Source of the DNA: Longimicrobiales bacterium
Lineage (GTDB): Bacteria > Gemmatimonadota > Gemmatimonadetes > Longimicrobiales > Gaopeijiaceae
NCBI GenBank assembly: GCA_965197725.1
Contig: CBDANQ010000053.1
Span: forward strand, 1-64,000
DNA length: 64,000 nt
Reading direction: 5' to 3'
The first letter of the stretch is position 1; every line of letters starts with the position of its first letter. Below are positions 19,805 through 29,962 of this stretch, one piece after another. Made by a program: the position numbers and the translations under genes. The notes below the pieces were generated by a model. It searched no databases and was not told the DNA's origin. It worked only from the letters and a program-made list of their open reading frames with translations.

Positions 19805-20509
19805 CTAGCGTACGGCAGCTCCGATGCGTCTCCAGCGGATCTCCCGCAGCCAGCTCGCGCGCTCACCCCCTCGCGGGTCAAAGGAGTAGTAGACCAACCA
19901 GGGCCTGCCTCGGATCGCATCCTCGTGGACAAAGCCCCAGTACCGAGAGTCCTCACTGTTATCCCGGTTGTCACCGAGCATGAAGTAGCGTTCCCGTGGC
20001 ACGACGAGGGGACCCCAGTTGTCCCGGGTCGGCTGATAATCCCACACCGGTGCGGCGACCAGGTGGTTGGATTGCCACCGCATGTCCGGGTGCTCCGCGT
20101 CGCCGCGCCGATCCACATGCTGGGCATACGGCTCGTACAGTGGGGCGCCGTTCAGGTAGAGACGCTTGTCCCGCATCTCCAGCGTATCCATCGGAAGCCC
20201 TACCAGCCGCTTCACATAGTTCCGATCGGGCTCGTTTGGCGGGTTGAAGACGACCACGTCCCCGCGGCGGGGCTGGGAGATAGCGGGCAGTCGGAGGTCC
20301 GTGCCCGGAACCCGTGCCCCGTAGACGGCCTTGTTCACCAGCAAGAAATCTCCGACGAGCAACGTGTTTTCCATCGAGGAGGTCGGAATCTTGAAGGCCT
20401 CGACGCCGAAGGACCGGATGACGAGGAAAAGCACGAACGCCACCAAGAGCGACCTGCCCCAGTCCCGGATGTCGGCGATGACTCCCCGGTCTCCCCCCGA
20501 GCCTCGCAC
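19805..20509 (-). CDS. lepB: Signal peptidase I (start uncertain)
   Basis: IPTSSM, GDFLLVNK, YVKRLVG, GDNRDNSEDSRYWG. Confidence 0.93.
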   Translation of the reverse strand: MRGSGGDRGVIADIRDWGRSLLVAFVLFLVIRSFGVEAFKIPTSSMENTLLVGDFLLVNKAVYGARVPGTDLRLPAISQPRRGDVVVFNPPNEPDRNYVKRLVGLPMDTLEMRDKRLYLNGAPLYEPYAQHVDRRGDAEHPDMRWQSNHLVAAPVWDYQPTRDNWGPLVVPRERYFMLGDNRDNSEDSRYWGFVHEDAIRGRPWLVYYSFDPRGGERASWLREIRWRRIGAAVR

Positions 20510-20741
20510 ATCGCCCTCGCTTCTTGCTAAGATGTCACAAAGGCGCGCGCCGGCGCCGAATACCCCGTCCGCCCCCTGGAGCTCACCGTACTCCTCGAGC
20601 GCTGGTGGGTGTCCGAACATACACAGCCTGGTCGACCTCGTTCCGCAGAGACACTGCGCCGATCAGGGGATCGCATGTACTCTTAGGGAAGCGCAACCCA
20701 GAGACCATACATGCCCATTCTAGCTCTGCTACGGTCCGGCC

Positions 20742-22198
20742 GAAGCTGTCCCAACCGTAGTTGAAGGTCCCTGATAGGGGAGAAAGAAAAGTGGTGGCTC
20801 CGGGGGTCCCGGGCCGATAGGCTCGGGTAGGCAAAAACCCCAACACGGAGCCACCACGATGAAGAGAACGTACGAGGTAAGGGATCGGGCGGACAAGCGC
20901 GCGATCAGGGAGTTCCTGAAGCGGGAGGGGCAGTTTCTGCTTCCGATGCTTGAGCTCGTGGAGCAGACGGAGGTCGCGATCGACGAAGTCATCCAGGTGA
21001 TGGGACGAGCGACGATCGAAGCGGTGCTGGAGATGAGCGCCGAGGGTGTGGCAGGCGTGAAGCAGGCAGGTCGGTCACGAGCGGAAGACGACACGGTGTG
21101 GTATGGCCGGCAGGGTGGTGTGGTTTACCTGTCGGACCGGAAGGTGCGTGTGGAGCGGCCACGGCTCAGGCGCCGGGGCGCCGGGGAGGGTGGCGAGGTC
21201 GAGGTGCCGGCGTACGCAGCGATGCGGAGACCGGGCGCCGTGGCGGATCGGATGCTCGAGGTCCTGATGGCGGGGGTGAGCACGCGAAAGTACGGCCGTG
21301 TGATCGGTGAGATGGCCGACACGGTCGGGGTGAGCAAGTCGGCGGTGAGCCGTGAGACGGTCGAGGCCTCGGAGCGCGTGCTGAAGGAGCTGATGGAGCG
21401 CCGGCTGGATGCGTGGGACCTCCTGGTGATCTACCTGGACGGGATCCAGATGGGCTCGCACCACGTGCTTGCTGCGGTAGGCGTGGACTCAGACGGAAAG
21501 AAGCACGTGCTGGGCGTGAGGGAAGGAGCGAGTGAGAACGCCGAGGTGACCAGCGCGCTCCTAGAGGATCTGGTCGAGCGCGGCCTGGACCCGGGCAGGC
21601 GGCGGCTGTTCGTGATCGATGGCTCGAAAGCGCTCAGGAAGGCGATCGAGAAGGTGTTCGGCCAACGTCACCCCATCCAGCGCTGCCGCAACCACAAGCT
21701 CCGCAACGTGCTGGGTCATCTGCCGAAGGATCAGCATCCTCAGGTGAAGGCGGCGTTCCGGGCGGCGATGAAGCTGGACGCGAAGCAGGGCGAGCAGAAG
21801 CTCGAGCAGCTCGCCCGATGGCTCGAGCGCGACCACCCCTCGGCCGCAGCCAGCCTGCGCGAAGGCCTCAGCGAGATGTTCACCATAAACCGGCTCGGCC
21901 TCCCACCGCGGCTGAGGAAGTGCCTGGGCTCGACCAACCTGATCGACAGCACCCACTCGGGCGTAAGACGGAAGACCCGCAGGGTGACTAACTGGAAGAA
22001 CGGAGCGATGGCCTTGCGCTGGGCTGCGGCCTCGTTCGTGGAAACCGAGAAGAGCTACCGGAGGATCATCGGCTACGACCAGCTCTGGATGCTCAGGGCC
22101 CACCTCGACGACCATGAACCGGTTGCCGAAATGAGAAAGACAGGCTAACCAAGAGACTCTCCGGCGCCACCACCTTCAACTGTCAGCGGGACACCATC
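20742..22198 (+). mobile_element. IS256-family insertion sequence, 1457 bp
   Basis: Imperfect 27-bp terminal IRs (GAAGCTGTCCC...AGTTGAAGGT / GATGGTGTCCC...AGTTGAAGGT); 8-bp target duplication GTCCGGCC at 20734-20741 and 22199-22206. Confidence 0.92.
20859..22148 (+). CDS. IS256-family transposase
   Basis: GVSTRK, VSKSAVSR, IYLDG, DLVERGL, IDGSKAL, QRCRNHK, STNLID. Confidence 0.93.
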   Translation: MKRTYEVRDRADKRAIREFLKREGQFLLPMLELVEQTEVAIDEVIQVMGRATIEAVLEMSAEGVAGVKQAGRSRAEDDTVWYGRQGGVVYLSDRKVRVERPRLRRRGAGEGGEVEVPAYAAMRRPGAVADRMLEVLMAGVSTRKYGRVIGEMADTVGVSKSAVSRETVEASERVLKELMERRLDAWDLLVIYLDGIQMGSHHVLAAVGVDSDGKKHVLGVREGASENAEVTSALLEDLVERGLDPGRRRLFVIDGSKALRKAIEKVFGQRHPIQRCRNHKLRNVLGHLPKDQHPQVKAAFRAAMKLDAKQGEQKLEQLARWLERDHPSAAASLREGLSEMFTINRLGLPPRLRKCLGSTNLIDSTHSGVRRKTRRVTNWKNGAMALRWAAASFVETEKSYRRIIGYDQLWMLRAHLDDHEPVAEMRKTG

Positions 22199-22244
22199 GT
22201 CCGGCCGGGGCCCGAGCCCCCTTGCGCTCCTCGCGACCCTGCTC

Positions 22245-22988
22245 GTGCTCTCCGGAGTCTTCGCGCTGATGCGTGGTCGCATTTCGACGACGCACAACCT
22301 CGACGAGACTTCTCAACCGTGCGATGAGGCCTACGACCCCTTGTGTACCTCCGAGCTGGACGGGGGGGCCGCGAGACAAGGACTCACCGCGCGGCCTGAG
22401 GGGACGGCCGGACCCGTGCTATCCGCCGAGACCGCATGCCTCAACGTCGGGTACTTGTGTTCGGAGCTGGAGTCCAGGGGCATGGTGCAGATTCAGCGGT
22501 GGAAGGACTTCCAGGGCACGATCGTCGTGCACATTCCGCGACCTGACTTCTTGCCATCCGGCGACGCCCGACGGCTTCAAGCCGGGGCCGCCGCAGGGGT
22601 CCGGCAGTGGAGCGGTCAGCCCTTCCCGATCACCGTGGACGAGCGCGGAAACCGCGAGGCACACTTCGAGGTGCAGTGGCGCAGTTCACTCGACGGCCGT
22701 CAGATCGGAGTGGCGCGCACCCAGTGGTCCTCGCAGCGGGGCTTGGAGGTCGTCAAGCTCGAGCTCGCCACCCAGAACCCCTTCGCACGGAGCGGGACGC
22801 TCGAAGCCCGTCAAGTGCGACTTACCGCGGCGCACGAGATGGGCCACGCCCTGGGCATTCTCATGCACAGTGACAACGCGCGCGACGTGATGTACGCGAC
22901 CAATACCGCGACCTCGCTGAGCGCACGCGACTACCGCACCATGGAAGCGTTGTACGCGCTGGCGGACGGCACCACGATCATTCGCTGA
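22245..22988 (+). CDS. Matrixin-family (metzincin) metalloprotease; 5' end probably cut by IS256
   Basis: HEMGHALGILMH zinc motif and VMY Met-turn. Confidence 0.8.
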   Translation: MLSGVFALMRGRISTTHNLDETSQPCDEAYDPLCTSELDGGAARQGLTARPEGTAGPVLSAETACLNVGYLCSELESRGMVQIQRWKDFQGTIVVHIPRPDFLPSGDARRLQAGAAAGVRQWSGQPFPITVDERGNREAHFEVQWRSSLDGRQIGVARTQWSSQRGLEVVKLELATQNPFARSGTLEARQVRLTAAHEMGHALGILMHSDNARDVMYATNTATSLSARDYRTMEALYALADGTTIIR

Positions 22989-22992
22989 GCTA

Positions 22993-23197
22993 GTGCCCCT
23001 GTCCCAGAAGCTCGCCGGCATTCGGGAACCGATGCATCCACGCTGGCTGCGTTGCTCCTCGACCCATGCCTTCGGCGTGGGCGCCCCATAGCCCTGCTAT
23101 TCCTCGTCGTCGCGCCTTGGGGCACCGCTCGCCGAAAGGCGAGTGGTCGCGGCGCCTCGACACCCTCGGTGCGCGCCGAACTTCTGGGACAGGACAC
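22993..23197. mobile_element. MITE A (TA-flanked, IS630-like ends)
   Basis: TA at 22991-92 and 23198-99; terminal IR GTG(CC/T)CCTGTCCCAGAAG; internal palindromic modules; no ORF. Confidence 0.65.
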
Positions 23198-23228
23198 TAG
23201 CATCGTGGCTTCTACGCGATTGGGGGCA

Positions 23229-25196
23229 TCAGCGCTCGCCGCCGAAACTCAGGATGCCCTTCACGTACATCGCCCACCCGGGCGCCACGAAGCCGAAGAC
23301 CTCCTCGAAGTCCTGGTCGAGCACGTTCTCCACCCGAAGCTCCAGCACGAACCCGGGACCGCCGGCCCCGGCAGTGACAACCTCGACAGATCCGCCCAAA
23401 GCGAGGTTGCTGTATCGAGCCAGTTGTACGGGCAAGGCCGGAAACTGTGTGAAGTCCCGGTCGGCTCGCGTTCCGACGACGGAGACATCGGCAAACAGTT
23501 GTGCGCGGCTGCCCGCAGCGGCGGCCACACGCGCGTTGAAGGTGTGCTTGGGCCGCCTCAGCAGCGATTCCCCCCCGACGAAGGTTGCGCCGGGGCCCTC
23601 GTCGAATCCGGAGTTGGTGACCTCGGTGTCGAGTCGGGTCCACGAAGCAGAGCCACGGAACGAACCGACTACGCCGTCGACCTCGACCTCCAGGCCGCGG
23701 CTGCTGGCGGCCGCCACATTGAAGAAGTTCGGATCGGTCGGAGCCGCCGTTGCGAACGTGAACTGGATCAAGTCTTCGAACGATTGCTCGAACCAGGTTG
23801 CGCGAAAGCGAGCGTCGCCCCCAAAGAGGACCTGATCGATCCCGAGCTCCCACGAGCGAGAGCGCTCCGGCTCGAGATTCTCGTTCCCCCTCGCGAAGCC
23901 AGTCGCAAAGTTCTCGAAGAATGTGGGCTCCTTGAGTGACGTGCCGGCGGAGGCGCGGAGTCGAGTACCGATTCGCTCCGACGCCAGCCACGAGGCGCCT
24001 ATCTGCCACGTGCCGAACGTGCCGAACCTCTCATTGTCTTCGAGCCGCTGGCCGAGGTTCACCGCGATGCGGCTCCGCTCACCGGTCACATGTACGTAGT
24101 ACGCCTTGTTCAGGCGGGCGTGCTCGCTCCGGCCGGAAGAGGTACCAAACTGGCTCTGGGACTGGTTGAAGGAGCGTTGGCGCTCCTCCTCGAGCTCCCA
24201 CCCTCCGGTTGCGACGAAGTCCCCTAGGCGTGCGTTGGCGCGCAGGTCGACGGTCCCGCGACGCACGTGGTCGAGACTCGAGAAACCAAAGAAGCCCAGC
24301 GAGTCGGCCGCGTGGTCGGGCGCGTCGTCCGAACCGCCGTCAGTATCTACGATGCCAACGCGTGCCTGCACATCGACCATAGACGACAGAGCTCGACTCA
24401 CCGAGGCGCTGAGGAGCGTCTCGTCGGCATACGTGAACGCGTTCCGATCCACTACGATGCCGGAGCCGTCCGTGGGAAAGTGGTATTCGCGGTCGCCGAT
24501 ACGAAACGAGATGTCGGCGCGCGTGCGATCGTCCGGCAGGAAGCTCGCCCGACCGCTCACCACCTTATTGTCGTGTCGGTTGTTGAACGCCAGGATTCCG
24601 TCGGTCCTGGAGCGCGACAGCGAGATGCTGTATCCGGCCCGCTCCGTGCCACCGGCTGCTCTGGCGGACCAGTCACGCCGGCCAAAGGAGCCGAGGCGGG
24701 TCACCAGAGTTCCTGTCATGGGTCCGCGCCCCGTCGAAGTAATGACGTGGATGACCCCGGCCACCGCGTCCGACCCGTGTAGCGCGCTGGAAGGACCCCG
24801 CACGATCTCGATCCTCTCCACGTTCCAGAGCGTGAGCGCCGCAAAGTCGAACGCGCCTCCCGGCTGGTTCACCTGGACACCGTCGACCAATACCAGGACG
24901 TAGTCACTCTCCCCTCCCCGTAGGAAGACCGAGGTCGCAGCGCCGAACGAGCCACTTTGCACGACCGCCAGCCCGGACACGGTTCGCAGCGCGTCCTCAA
25001 CGGTGGCGAGGCCCCGGGACCGCAGCTCTCCACCCTCGAGTACGGTGACGTTGGAAGAGATCGCGTCGGCGACTCGGGCTGTGGGGCTGGTCGTGACGAC
25101 CAGGCCTTCGAGCGAGAATGCGCGGTCCTGCGCGACGAGCGGGAACGGGCTCAAGAGAGCAGCGAGTGCCAGGACGGCCGGAGTTCTGCGGGCCAT
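23229..25196 (-). CDS. btuB: TonB-dependent receptor, probable cobalamin transporter
   Basis: Signal peptide, plug motifs (VFLRGG, VLVDG, VERIEIVRGPSSALHGSDAVAGVI), beta-barrel; downstream of a cobalamin riboswitch. Confidence 0.88.
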   Translation of the reverse strand: MARRTPAVLALAALLSPFPLVAQDRAFSLEGLVVTTSPTARVADAISSNVTVLEGGELRSRGLATVEDALRTVSGLAVVQSGSFGAATSVFLRGGESDYVLVLVDGVQVNQPGGAFDFAALTLWNVERIEIVRGPSSALHGSDAVAGVIHVITSTGRGPMTGTLVTRLGSFGRRDWSARAAGGTERAGYSISLSRSRTDGILAFNNRHDNKVVSGRASFLPDDRTRADISFRIGDREYHFPTDGSGIVVDRNAFTYADETLLSASVSRALSSMVDVQARVGIVDTDGGSDDAPDHAADSLGFFGFSSLDHVRRGTVDLRANARLGDFVATGGWELEEERQRSFNQSQSQFGTSSGRSEHARLNKAYYVHVTGERSRIAVNLGQRLEDNERFGTFGTWQIGASWLASERIGTRLRASAGTSLKEPTFFENFATGFARGNENLEPERSRSWELGIDQVLFGGDARFRATWFEQSFEDLIQFTFATAAPTDPNFFNVAAASSRGLEVEVDGVVGSFRGSASWTRLDTEVTNSGFDEGPGATFVGGESLLRRPKHTFNARVAAAAGSRAQLFADVSVVGTRADRDFTQFPALPVQLARYSNLALGGSVEVVTAGAGGPGFVLELRVENVLDQDFEEVFGFVAPGWAMYVKGILSFGGER

Positions 25197-25223
25197 AACC
25201 CCCCCACGGAGATGTTCGGCTGG

Positions 25224-25381
25224 TACGGGTGGTCCAGGTCTCCTGGCTCGAGGCCGACTGCCCGCCTTCCCAGGGATCAACCCCAGTGGCTCCGGTGAAC
25301 AGCCGTTCCGACTACGTCAGACCTCTCACAGTGGCGGGGCCGCGCCGGAATCTCACCGGCTTCCGATATGGCCCACCCGTA
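25224..25381 (-). promoter_or_regulatory. Cobalamin riboswitch
   Basis: GGAAGCCGGTGAGATTCCGG, GCCCCGCCACTGTGA, GCCACTG...GGGAAGG, AGCCAGGAGACCTG B12 box; closing stem TACGGGTGG/CCACCCGTA. Confidence 0.92.
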
Positions 25382-25458
25382 TGATCGATTGTGGGAGAAT
25401 ATATATCGATCCGATGCCTCGGGGCAAAGGGCGGCTCTGGCCTTGCGCTGATTATACG

Positions 25459-26820
25459 CTAGCCGTCCCGCACGAGGCCGTATCGCTCGATCTTCTTGTA
25501 GAGATTCGAGCGTGGCATCTCAATCCGGCGCGCGGTTTCGGCAACATTCCATTCGTTCTCACGCAGCTTCTGAACGATGTACGCGCGCTCGGCGCTCTCC
25601 TTGAACTCCACGAACGTCTCGAGTCCGAGGATCTCCCCGGCCATGCTTGGAGAGCCACCCCTCCCAGACGCGAGCAGGTCGACGTCTTCGGGCCCCACCT
25701 CGTGAGATCCAGAGAGTATGAGCAGGCGTTCGACCGTATTGCGAAGCTCCCGCACGTTTCCAGGCCACGGAAGCGCCTGTAGCCGTTCGATCGCGGACGC
25801 CGAAAAGTGCTTCGGGACCACGCCTCGCCCGTTCGCCATCTGCTCGCAGAAGTGACCTATCAGCATCGGGACGTCGTCGCGCCGCTCGCGCAGAGCGGGT
25901 ACCTGAATCGGGACTACGTTCAACCTGTAAAAGAGATCCTCGCGGAAAGCTCCGACTTCGATCTGCTGCTCGAGATCCTTGTTCGTCGCGGAGATGACGC
26001 GAACATCCACCTCGATCGACTTGGAGCCACCTACGCGGGTGAGGACTCCCTGCTCGAGCACCCGGAGGACTTTCGCCTGAGCCTCGAGCGACATGTCTCC
26101 GATCTCGTCCAGAAAGAGTGTCCCGCCATGCGCCTGTTCGAACTTCCCCTCCCGGTCGGCGACGGCCCCAGTGAACGATCCCTTAATGTGCCCGAAGAGA
26201 GCCGACTCGATCAGTTCTGATGGGATCGCCGCACAGTTGACCTCCACGAATGACTTGTCTGATCGCGACGAGAGCCGGTGAATCGCTCGAGCGACCAACT
26301 CTTTGCCGGTTCCATTCTCCCCGGTGATCAGAACGCGAGCTTCGGTCGGGGCGACCTTTTCCACGCGGTCGAGCACCTGCCGTACCTGATAGGACGTGCC
26401 GACGATCTCGTATCGGCTCTCGACCTGACTCTGGAGGTCCGCGATGCTGTCGGTGAGCCCCTTGAGCTCGAGCGCCCGACGTAGGGTGACCAACAGGCGA
26501 TCGGTGTCGAGCGGCTTCTCGAGGAAGTCGTACGCGCCATTCCGGGTTGCCTCGATAGCCGTCTCGATCGTTCCGTGACCCGAAATCATCACGACCAACG
26601 CCCCCGGACATTCGGTGCGGAGGCGTGCCAACACGTCCAGGCCGTCCATGCCGGGCATCTTCACGTCCAGGAAGATCACATCCGGGTGAAAGGACTCTGC
26701 CGTGAGAAGCGCATCGGGCCCATCCCCGGCCACACGAACGTCATGGCCCTCGTACTCGAAGACTTGAGCGAGCGCCTCCCGGATCCCCTTCTCGTCATCG
26801 ACTACCACCAGCCTTGCCAT
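25459..26820 (-). CDS. Sigma-54-dependent response regulator (NtrC/NtrX family)
   Basis: REC domain, GENGTGKE, GSFTGA, FLDEIGDM, WPGNVREL, Fis-type HTH. Confidence 0.93.
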   Translation of the reverse strand: MARLVVVDDEKGIREALAQVFEYEGHDVRVAGDGPDALLTAESFHPDVIFLDVKMPGMDGLDVLARLRTECPGALVVMISGHGTIETAIEATRNGAYDFLEKPLDTDRLLVTLRRALELKGLTDSIADLQSQVESRYEIVGTSYQVRQVLDRVEKVAPTEARVLITGENGTGKELVARAIHRLSSRSDKSFVEVNCAAIPSELIESALFGHIKGSFTGAVADREGKFEQAHGGTLFLDEIGDMSLEAQAKVLRVLEQGVLTRVGGSKSIEVDVRVISATNKDLEQQIEVGAFREDLFYRLNVVPIQVPALRERRDDVPMLIGHFCEQMANGRGVVPKHFSASAIERLQALPWPGNVRELRNTVERLLILSGSHEVGPEDVDLLASGRGGSPSMAGEILGLETFVEFKESAERAYIVQKLRENEWNVAETARRIEMPRSNLYKKIERYGLVRDG

Positions 26821-27495
26821 CTACCGCGTCCCCTCACGCTCGTCATCGGTCGCAGGAGCCACGTCGGCGAGCATCACCAAGCTGTCTCTCTGTACGAACA
26901 CCGAGCGCAGGCCATCGGGCAGCGGGACCTCGAGCGCGTCGTCCGGTAGGCTCGCGGGCCGCGACGGTCCGAATGCCTTGAGCACCTCGGCTACCAGCCG
27001 AGCCGGAATGGGAATCCTCGCGGCCTGTAGCCGGTCGACGAGCAGCGCCACATGACGCTGGTCTAGGGGCACGAGCGAGCCGCGGATCTCTATCAGGATC
27101 GTGTCCGGAAGCAAGCCGATGATCTGATCGAGCCGGGGCAAGTCCGGGAAGGCCTCGACGGCGACCCTGGCTGACAGGTGCACACGTCCCTTGTCCAGCT
27201 CGATCGTAGGCGCGGTGATCCCGCGAGGCACGATTCCGGGTAGCGAATGCCTCACCACGGCGGACAACTCGGTGCCCCCGAGCATGAGCCGGTCACCGGC
27301 CTCTCCGGCTCGGAACCGCTCGAAGAGGTCCATTGTCCGCTCGGCGAGCTCGGGCGTTGGCTGTGCGTCCGGAACCGCCGGGGCCGTGGGATCGATACCC
27401 AACGCCCGCTCGATACCCGGAAAGACCGCCGGACCCCACAGAAAACCGGCGTACGCCACGAGGATCAGGACGACAGCGGAGAGGATCTTCTTCAT
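26821..27495 (-). CDS. Hypothetical membrane-anchored protein
   Basis: N-terminal TM; sits in operon between thpR and the regulator. Confidence 0.7.
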   Translation of the reverse strand: MKKILSAVVLILVAYAGFLWGPAVFPGIERALGIDPTAPAVPDAQPTPELAERTMDLFERFRAGEAGDRLMLGGTELSAVVRHSLPGIVPRGITAPTIELDKGRVHLSARVAVEAFPDLPRLDQIIGLLPDTILIEIRGSLVPLDQRHVALLVDRLQAARIPIPARLVAEVLKAFGPSRPASLPDDALEVPLPDGLRSVFVQRDSLVMLADVAPATDDEREGTR

Positions 27496-27513
27496 GCGCG
27501 AGCCCGGAACCCC

Positions 27514-28074
27514 TTAGGTGGCGAGTTTCGCGCTGGACAGTACGCTATAGCGCGCGCCGTCCTTAGACAGGTTGCTGCGAAGGAGATCGATCGTCCGCAC
27601 CTTCACCTCAGCCGAGAACTCCATATCGGCAACGAGCTGATCGAGCCTCCGGAACGCGCCGGCCCCTCCGCGGTCGTCCGCCCTCCCCAAGGTGATATGG
27701 GGGTGAAACGCCCGCGTTTCAGGCTCGAAGCCGCAGTCGCTCATCGCCCACTCGAGGTCCTGCTTGAGACACCGCAGTGAGGCGGTCGCGCCTAGGCCCA
27801 GCCAGAGCATGCGAGGCCGCCGAATGGTCGGGAACGCCCCGAATCCGCCGAATTCGGCCGAAAAACTCGCCGTGGTGCTCGCGACCTTCACCATTGCGGC
27901 CTCGATCGGCGGAACGTCCTCGGGCCGGACTTCTCCGAGGAATTTGAGTGTGACGTGATAGTTCTCGAGATCCACCCACCGAACCGGCAGCTCTTCTTCC
28001 CGCAGGACGCGGGCAGCACGATGGATTCGCTCGCGCTGCTTTTTCGGGAACGTGAGACCAATAAACAGCCGCAT
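27514..28074 (-). CDS. thpR: RNA 2',3'-cyclic phosphodiesterase
   Basis: MRLFIG start, two HxT motifs (HVTLKFLG, PHITLGR). Confidence 0.92.
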   Translation of the reverse strand: MRLFIGLTFPKKQRERIHRAARVLREEELPVRWVDLENYHVTLKFLGEVRPEDVPPIEAAMVKVASTTASFSAEFGGFGAFPTIRRPRMLWLGLGATASLRCLKQDLEWAMSDCGFEPETRAFHPHITLGRADDRGGAGAFRRLDQLVADMEFSAEVKVRTIDLLRSNLSKDGARYSVLSSAKLAT

Positions 28075-28196
28075 CCTGTGTGGATTCCTAGTGTGAACTA
28101 TGAAGTCCTGAGTTACACATGACACCCCACTCACGGTCCAGTCGATCCGCTCTACGCCGTCGATCGAGTAGCGAGGTGTGACCCACAAGCCGTTGC

Positions 28197-29144
28197 TCAC
28201 TTCGGCCCATCCACCAGCAGCCTTTGAGTCGGATATGCGAACTCGATGTCCGGCGACTCGGCGACGACTTCCAGAATCCGCTCCCAGAGTGCCTCCGCGG
28301 TCCCCCGGCGCTGCCGCGGGCGGCAGAGGTAGCGGATCGTGAGCAAGACCCCTGACTCCGCTACGGATGTGTATACCATCGGTGTCAGCGTCCGGTAGTG
28401 GATCAGGAGTCGCCTGTCGGCATCGGCACGGGGGCTCCGAGCCTCCGCCACCACCTCTTCGGTAAACTCGGTCACCAGCGCCGAAAGCAGCTCCTTGGCT
28501 CGCTTCCAATCGCTCTCGAATGTCACGCGAACCGGCAGTTCGTTCCATAGGTAAGTAAAGCCGGCGGAGTAGTTGGCCAGCGGCTCGGTGAACACCAGCG
28601 CGTTGGGTACGTGGATCACGCGCCCCGTGCTCTGGTCCGCCTCCACCCAGTTGCCGATCTCCATGATCGCGAATTGGAAGATCCCACGATCGACCACATC
28701 GCCAGCGTGCGGCCCGATCTGAATGCGATCACCGAGGTCGAAGGGCCGCCGCGCCAGAATGAAGACCCACCCAGCGAAGTCCGCCACGAGATCCTTGAGC
28801 GCGATCGCAAGGCCCGCCGAGAGCAGTCCGAAGAATGTGCCGAGAGAGCGGATGGCGGTGGACCAGACCAGGACCAGCGCCAGCAGACCCAGCGCCAACG
28901 CTACGTACCGGGAGATCTTGGTCCACCGGTACTGGACACCTGTGTCCACGACGCGCCTGCGCACCACCACGAGCAGTGCCCGGCGCACGGACAAGATGCT
29001 CAGGACGACGAGAATCGAGACGAGGATCTGGACCTGCGTCCCCGTCGCGAGGCCTCCAAGCCCGTCAGCGAATGCGGCTATCGAGTTGTCGTCCTGTTGG
29101 ATCATGCCCGCTACGCGGGCGAAGGCGTGTATTCCTAGGCTCAT
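28197..29144 (-). CDS. Small-conductance mechanosensitive channel (MscS family)
   Basis: GLAIALKD, RPFDLGDRIQIG, QSTGRVIHVPN, FAYPT. Confidence 0.9.
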   Translation of the reverse strand: MSLGIHAFARVAGMIQQDDNSIAAFADGLGGLATGTQVQILVSILVVLSILSVRRALLVVVRRRVVDTGVQYRWTKISRYVALALGLLALVLVWSTAIRSLGTFFGLLSAGLAIALKDLVADFAGWVFILARRPFDLGDRIQIGPHAGDVVDRGIFQFAIMEIGNWVEADQSTGRVIHVPNALVFTEPLANYSAGFTYLWNELPVRVTFESDWKRAKELLSALVTEFTEEVVAEARSPRADADRRLLIHYRTLTPMVYTSVAESGVLLTIRYLCRPRQRRGTAEALWERILEVVAESPDIEFAYPTQRLLVDGPK

Positions 29145-29260
29145 GGGTTGTTCTCTCCCGGGCGCGTCCCCGCTTCCGTCGTGATCAAGACGACCGCACC
29201 GAGGATGATGGCCGCTGCCCCGAGCGAACGGAAGGTCAGCGGTTCATTTCCCAGATCACG
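29141..29260 (-). pseudogene. C-terminal fragment of an EamA/DMT transporter
   Basis: LGNEPLTFRSLGAAAIILGAVVLIT with no upstream domain. Confidence 0.55.
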
Positions 29261-29299
29261 CATACAGCCACGAAAGCCACACCACCCGATCACTCCCGC

Positions 29300-29535
29300 A
29301 CGTGATCCAAGTATCGGTATTGGAGGGCCTTGGCCGCATCGCGTTAGCGGATCTCCTCCGCGCCGTCCAGGTCGGCGGTCGTGCGAGCCACCTTCAAGAT
29401 CCGGTGGTAGGAGCGCGCTGACAGACCCACGCGATCGACTGCGCGTTGAAGGAGGCGTAGCACACCTCGACTCGGCCGGCACCACCGACGCAACTCCATG
29501 GGAAGCGCTACGGCCCCGAGATCCGTGCGTTCGCG
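29300..29535 (-). pseudogene. comM: C-terminal remnant of ComM/YifB Mg-chelatase-like ATPase
   Basis: ELRRWC...[31 protein letters not shown]...*...ALQYR with internal stop. Confidence 0.75.
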
Positions 29536-29962
29536 GGATCGTCGTCCCTACCCTCAGGTGACTCCCTGCCAGACCGCCTCCGCTTCATCCGGTGGACGTC
29601 GGGGCTAACGCAGGACGATCTCGCAAGGCACCCAGGAGTGAATCGATGCACAGTGTCGGCTTGGAGGCCGGTCGTGACTCGCCGAATCGTGCGAACCGTC
29701 ATGCGATCGAGGTAACAATGACGTTCGCTCTCGGAGAGGACGGTTGGGGGGTCTGTAGAACAAGCGAGAACCTGCTAGGGCGGCCCGAGGGTGAGAGAGC
29801 CTCTGTCGCTTGAGTCTCAGACCAAAACCGGTGCACTGCTCGAACCAGCGACAGTGACCGACGTGCGCGGAGCCGACCTCCGCGTACATTGAGAACCTCC
29901 GCAGGTGACGCGGGCTTCGCTATCGCTGGGAGCGGAAGTTTTCTTCTTCGAAAGGAGGAAGC

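Noticed and set aside
25224..25381. Cobalamin riboswitch-btuB as a novel system
   Set aside because: Real but well-known arrangement; listed as a feature only
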